From the NCBI GenBank assembly GCA_964016885.1, contig OZ024742.1, forward strand, positions 330,708,001 to 330,772,000: 64,000 nucleotides of DNA, read 5' to 3'. Position numbers and translations under genes: made by a program. This stretch comes from Eledone cirrhosa. Its lineage: Eukaryota. Below, piece by piece: positions 57,736 to 64,000 of this stretch (the stretch's first letter is position 1; each line of letters starts with the position of its first letter). The notes beneath the pieces were generated by a model, which made no database searches, was not told the origin of the DNA, and saw only the letters and a program-made list of their open reading frames with translations.

Positions 57736-60099
57736 AAGATATGATAGAAAAAGAGACGGAGTGCGCTGCAAGGATAGAAATGTGTAAATGTTTTGTTATT
57801 GATAGTTTATCAATTATATTCTTCCAGATATATAAATTATTCATAAATTGAAGTATACTATATTCCTACTGTAGAAAAAATCTGACAAGTTAAAACATTC
57901 TTCCAATAATCATTGACGAATTGCCACGCGCAAACCACTTTGATCTATATATATATATATGTATTCTTTTGTTTTTTCTGAATATTATTAATACGGATAT
58001 GACAATGATACGACATACATTGAGAACAATTCGAGCTATGGAGTACCTTTGTGTCCAACGTACTTCAAATTCTCCCTGTTTCTATGCAAAAGTACAGACC
58101 ATTTCAAAGTTTACTAATTTATCTCAACATTTCCCGATATAATTTGACAATACTTGTCGCAGTTAAGTTAAATATGCCATATTGAAATTTAAACAAATAC
58201 TTTCGTAAATCTCCCCCAAATTCTTCATTAATTAATCGAAATATAGAGCATGTCTTTATATATAAATAACAGAACCATTTGCTCCTGAAATTACCATGTA
58301 GGTTGCGCTGTATTTCTCAGTCATATGTGGTTTTAATGCAATTGTCGCGAGGTTCAATGTGACATTATATGGGAAAAACGAAGTGCATTGAATTGCAAGA
58401 GCAGCTCACCTTGCATTAAAGTCGTTGAACATTGCACAGGTATATGATCATTAAATTGATTGCCAGATATATTCAGTTTAACACATTGTGGGACAAGACG
58501 GGGCCTATGAATTGCAAGTACAATTCTTTTCAAGGGCTTGTAATCAGTTTCCCTGAATCTAATTTTATTCACACTGCATTGATGAAATCAAGAGTATGTT
58601 GAATATTTACGAAGCGAACTTCTTACACATTCGGTCATGATGTATGTGAGTCGGTTTGATTATATGTTTTGAGCTTGGAGGTGGGACGACTGAAGGAGAA
58701 TGAGAGAGGGGTGAGAATGAGATTGTGTGTGTGTATGCGTGTGAGTATGTACGTGTGTATACGTGTGTATACGTGTGTGTGCATGTGACACAGGTGATGA
58801 GTGGTAACATTGTTTAAATATGACAAATATATTTTTCTGTTTGTGTATGTGTCTGTGACTGTGTGTTCGTGTGAGTGAATGTGTGTGTGTGTGTGTGTGT
58901 GCGCGCGTGCGTGCGTGCGTGCGTGCGTGCGCGTGCGTGTGCGTGTGCGTGTGTGTGTGTGTATGTGTGTGCATTTATATATATATGGGTATAAACTGCC
59001 ACAAAAAGGAAACTGCTAAAAAACGTATTATTTCAAACAGCCGCAAGCGTGTCTACAACATTATGGAATTCGTTTCGCAAACGTATACAGGAATTTGATT
59101 GATAGAAACAGCAGAACACCGTGTTTGAGCGTGTGTGCAAGTATACACACACACATATGTATCTTTATATATATATATATATTCGGGAGTGTGTCTCTAT
59201 ATTTACGTTCGTATTTGTTCATGCCTCATAACATTGAGATTGGACAAAAGATAGTTTGATAAAATAAATGCTAGAGAGCCGAATATATATTCTGGTACCA
59301 TAATACCATTAAAAGAATAATAGTCAAACTTTACTCCTATGAAGATTCAAGAATGTTTTATATTCCGATTTAAAGAATGTTCTAGCTAATGTTATTAACC
59401 TTTTTATTCAGTTGCTGTTTTTATTTTCGCTCCCTATGTCTGTTTTTTAGTAGGTGTTTATTGGAGAATTTATTTGTATTTATGTGTATTATTAGTGTAT
59501 GACAGGGTGGATGAATGGGGGAATCTATGTATGTATGTACATATATATGTATGTCCTTACAAAGGCTAGGGGTCCTTCACTCCTAGTGCATTCTTCTAGG
59601 AGATAGCAATTCAAGAAAATGAGTTTACTCCAAACATAAAACCTACGGCTCAGTAGTTACCGATGATGTTGATCTTTTCTTCTTTTCGGGTTTTAGCTAC
59701 TGTCGCCCAGAGAGTGGGATTGGCTCACTTTAAAAAATATCTTCACGCACAGGCATTACACGATAGAATTAATTAATAATTAGTAATAGTTGTATATCAT
59801 GCAATGGCCACACTCGATAACGAGGGGGCAGCTATCATGTATGTATGCATGTATATATGCATTAGTCTAATTATGCCCGTATGAATGTATGAATATATGT
59901 AAGCTTGTATGTATGTATGTTCGTATTTATTCTTATATGTATGTATAAATGTATGAACGTGATATACAGTAAAAGCGTGGCTAAATGTATATACATAGTT
60001 AAAGATACAGTGAGAGTCTCGAGAAAAAAGTTAGGTTAAAAGATAAAAAAATCATTAAAAGAAGCGTATAAGTAGATATATTGTCCCTCTCTCTCACTC

Positions 60100-60141
<42 letters not shown>

Positions 60142-60254
60142 TCTCCCTCTCTCTCTGTTTCTCTCGCTTTCACTCTCTCGCTCTCTCTGTATATGTGTGT
60201 GTGTGTGCGTGTGTGGAAAGAGAGTGCGAGTGATTGTATGCAGAGAGAGAGAAG

Positions 60255-60602
<348 letters not shown>

Positions 60603-60613
60603 AGTATTATAAG

Positions 60614-60687
60614 GTGCCTTGTCCGAAGAACGAATGAGGACGTTTTTCGTATTCGTCTTATTTGGGAAACCTCTGGTAATGAGGTAT
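60614..60687 (+). ncRNA. Type I hammerhead with long stems and U4C core variant
   Basis: GUGCCUUGU-CCGAAGA-A-[CGAAUGAGGACG..CGUCUUAUUUG]-G-GAA-ACC(UCU)GGU-A-AUGAGGUAU. Confidence 0.65.
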
Positions 60688-60886
60688 TGTTTATTATACA
60701 TTATATATCTATATATAAGGTATTAGGAACCGTTTAGTATTGACAAATGAATACTCAATAAGGTAGGAACGATTCATGTTCTGAAGGTCGTAACTTTAGA
60801 GATTTTCCTGTTTACAGCCTCACCACTAATTTGTGATGACCATGTAGAAACATAATAATCTCCAGAGTAGTAGGTTACGGACTCGA

Positions 60887-60888
<2 letters not shown>

Positions 60889-60936
<48 letters not shown>

Positions 60937-61038
60937 ATATACATATATATACATACACGCATACACATATACACACATACATACATACATATAAATATAT
61001 ACACACATACATACATATAAATATGTATATAAACACAC

Positions 61039-61090
<52 letters not shown>

Positions 61091-61127
61091 CACACACACA
61101 TACATATATATATACACACACACACAC

Positions 61128-61185
<58 letters not shown>

Positions 61186-61241
61186 GTATATGTATATATA
61201 TACACACACAGACACACACACATATATACACACACACACAC

Positions 61242-61280
<39 letters not shown>

Positions 61281-61301
61281 CACACACACACACACATATA
61301 T

Positions 61302-61356
<55 letters not shown>
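60889..61356. repeat. (AT)n/(CA)n compound microsatellite
   Basis: Direct reading. Confidence 0.95.
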
Positions 61357-61357
<1 letters not shown>

Positions 61358-61367
61358 TCTTATACTG

Positions 61368-61650
61368 GTGGAGGCTCGTGCCCTAGTGGTAAGGGTGTAG
61401 GACTTACGCTCATAATGTCGTGGGCTCGATTCCTGGGTTGCGTGTTGTGTTCTTGAGCAAAACACTTCATTTCACGTTGCTCCAGCTGGAAATGAGTACC
61501 AGCAATAGCTCGAGGTTTAACCCTGCGCTGGACTGGCGTCCTGTCCAGGAGGGAGTCTTGTACTCTCAGTCGCTTCACGCCATGAAACCGGGATAAGCAC
61601 CGGCCAAATGAGACTTCTGGCTTAAGACAGACTTTAGACTTTAGATACTT
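61368..61650 (+). mobile_element. Full-length tRNA-derived SINE (family S2, CORE-like and V-like segments)
   Basis: A box TGCCCTAGTGG, B box GGCTCGATTCC, GTGTTCTTGAGCAAAACACT, TGGACTGGCGTCCTGTCCAGG, (ACTTTAG)n tail. Confidence 0.8.
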
Positions 61651-62670
61651 ATATTGAGTTATTGGCGCAAAGAGGGCAAGTGGACGTATATATAATAATA
61701 TATAGAGAGATAGATAGATAAAATTACATATGTTTGTGTAATCATATACGTTTTTTAGATATATGTGCGCGTGTTTATATGAATGATAGAAAAAGAGAAA
61801 GAAGCAGAAAGAGAGAAAATGTGATAGATTTTGTGTGTATGCGATAAACGTTGTACTGAATAAACGAATAGCGGCAGGAAACTTCAAACGACTTTACTGG
61901 GAACGGTTGCATATGGCAGTTTCCGCTACTGTTTGTAGTTTCGCATGTGGTTTTTATTGTAGTTATTGTTGTTTTTATTTCCGGCAAACTGCTGCTGTTG
62001 TTAATATTCTTGTAGATTGTGTTGTTAGTGTAGCCGTTCTTGCCGTGATAACGGCAGCTGCAGCCGGCGTGGTGTGATGTGTTGCGTTGTTACTAGTGTT
62101 GTTGTTGTTATTGTTGTTAGGTTAGTTGATGTTTTCAGCACAACGACTGCTGTTATCGTTGAATGTGTTATTGGTGTTGTTCGTAGGTGAAGTGGTTAGC
62201 CCGTCTCACTCAATGTTGTGAGATGCTGGGATAGATTGCCGGGGGCACGTTATAACATTGAACAATAACATTTATTTCATGTTGATCAAGACTTCTCAAC
62301 AAAAATCACTTGTACCTTTATTTCAAAGGTCCGGCCTTGTGACACGTTACTTTATATAGAATGTCTCTGACGAGTACCTTAAGTGACACATTTCACGCGG
62401 GATTACACCGTTGTTCAACAGTTAGAACAGACATCACTGTAACTGATGGAATTACAACTTGTAGGTGTTTAAGTATTTGGTTGTATAATAACCAATACTG
62501 TAGTGTACTGCTGCTGTTTCATATTGTGTGTAGTTTCGTGTACATTCATATGTTTATACGGGTGTCGAGGAGCAGATTTACATTTGAGAAAAGGAATAAT
62601 AAAAAGAAGCGCATATCGATTCTGGATGTGAATGCGTGTGTCTGTGTGTGTCTGTGGCAATTTGTGTGTG

Positions 62671-62742
<72 letters not shown>

Positions 62743-63485
62743 GGTGTGTCAAGGTGTGTGCCAGTGTGTGTGTGTGTGTGTTTCTACATATATGTTAGCT
62801 TTTTACAATATACCTCAATATTATTTGTTAATGGAAAGTTATTTACGGGGAGATGTGGGGTGATAGACTCCGAGGCTCGATAGTCACTGTAATGCATGTG
62901 TACGTTGTGTAGGTTGTTAGTGTTAGTAGATGATTTTAGCTCCAAGAAAAAGTTGAATAATCATATTTAATGGTTAAACCATTCCAGCTATTACGAACCG
63001 ATTGATTTGTAATCTGTATCCGGGACTACGTTTCTCAAAGTATCTGATTTTTCCAAGACGACAGGGTACGATTTAAACAGTAATTACCTGCTATTTCTAG
63101 CAGTTCATGTGGTCAAAACAGAGGAAACTCCCACTTTAGTGTATTTAGACGATATAGTAGTGACGGTGGATAAATAAAATTTGTTAATGAGGTCCTAGAC
63201 GTTTCAATCATGAGGGGCTTATATTAGCTATTGCTGTTTAGACCTAGGGTAGACCCGATCAGGAGATGCTTGTAATATCATTATAACCAGAACACCCGCG
63301 CGCACACGCGCGCACGCGCGCGCACACACACACACACACACGCACACGCACACACACCACGCGCACACAGAAATTTACAAAGTTACGGCATCAACATATA
63401 TGATGATTATGTTTCTCAATAGAAGAGCTCTCACTCTCTCTCTCTCTGTATATATATATTTTTTTTTTTTAAATTTGCTTATACA

Positions 63486-63566
<81 letters not shown>

Positions 63567-64000
63567 GTGTGTGTATGTGTGTGTGCGCGTGTATCACTAA
63601 TTTATCGAAATTGTATAACGTTTTTTTAACTAGGAAATTCGATTCCAACCTCTCTGGAACTACCCATTATGTAAAACAATTTATTTAAAGTGTTCGCATT
63701 AAATTTAAACCTTCCATTAAGATTTTATGTGGAAACATTTCCTCTTAGGGTACTTTCCAGATACTGACTTAAGATTGTCAAAGTTAACTACATTACTTAA
63801 TTCTCCCATTGAAAATAATAATCAGTGTATTTATATAGGAATAAAGTAATGAAAGGATTAATTAAATAACTATGTTGGTATTTTAGGGAATATGACTGTT
63901 TATGTAGTCATTATTGTTGACATTAAGATTTTAGTTAATTTTGTTACTGTTTATATTGTGGCGGTAATGTATGTGGTAGTGCTAGCATTAGTGTTTGTGA

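Overview
AT-rich, microsatellite-dense animal DNA. It is probably cephalopod (Octopus-like), inferred only from the repeat landscape. The only host gene I can support is the first coding exon of a gD-type heparan-sulfate 3-O-sulfotransferase (HS3ST; minus strand, 56046-54548). Its next exon is not visible, so positions 1-54547 appear to be one intron of more than 54 kb. That intron holds a decayed near-full-length Tx1/L1-clade LINE (about 27.6-33.3 kb, minus), two R4/Dong-type RLE retrotransposons stacked in a (TAA)n tract (36.5-41.3 kb), RTE fragments, tRNA-derived SINEs, and Penelope-like element (PLE) RT and GIY-YIG remnants. The most striking signal is a set of about 10 mostly unrelated non-coding inserts in (AT)n or (CA)n microsatellites that share one architecture. 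Each has two arms whose 3' ends point outward, and one arm is 40-90 nt longer. In several, a TYGAGTRC-like motif lies about 20-24 nt past the short-arm end. Most carry minimal type I hammerhead ribozymes (HHRs), many with unusual cores. Several are tandem 320-560 nt monomers with one HHR per unit, which makes them candidate retrozymes (circular-RNA retroelements) mobilised by PLEs. All folds and alignments were made by eye, so coordinates may be off by a few nt.
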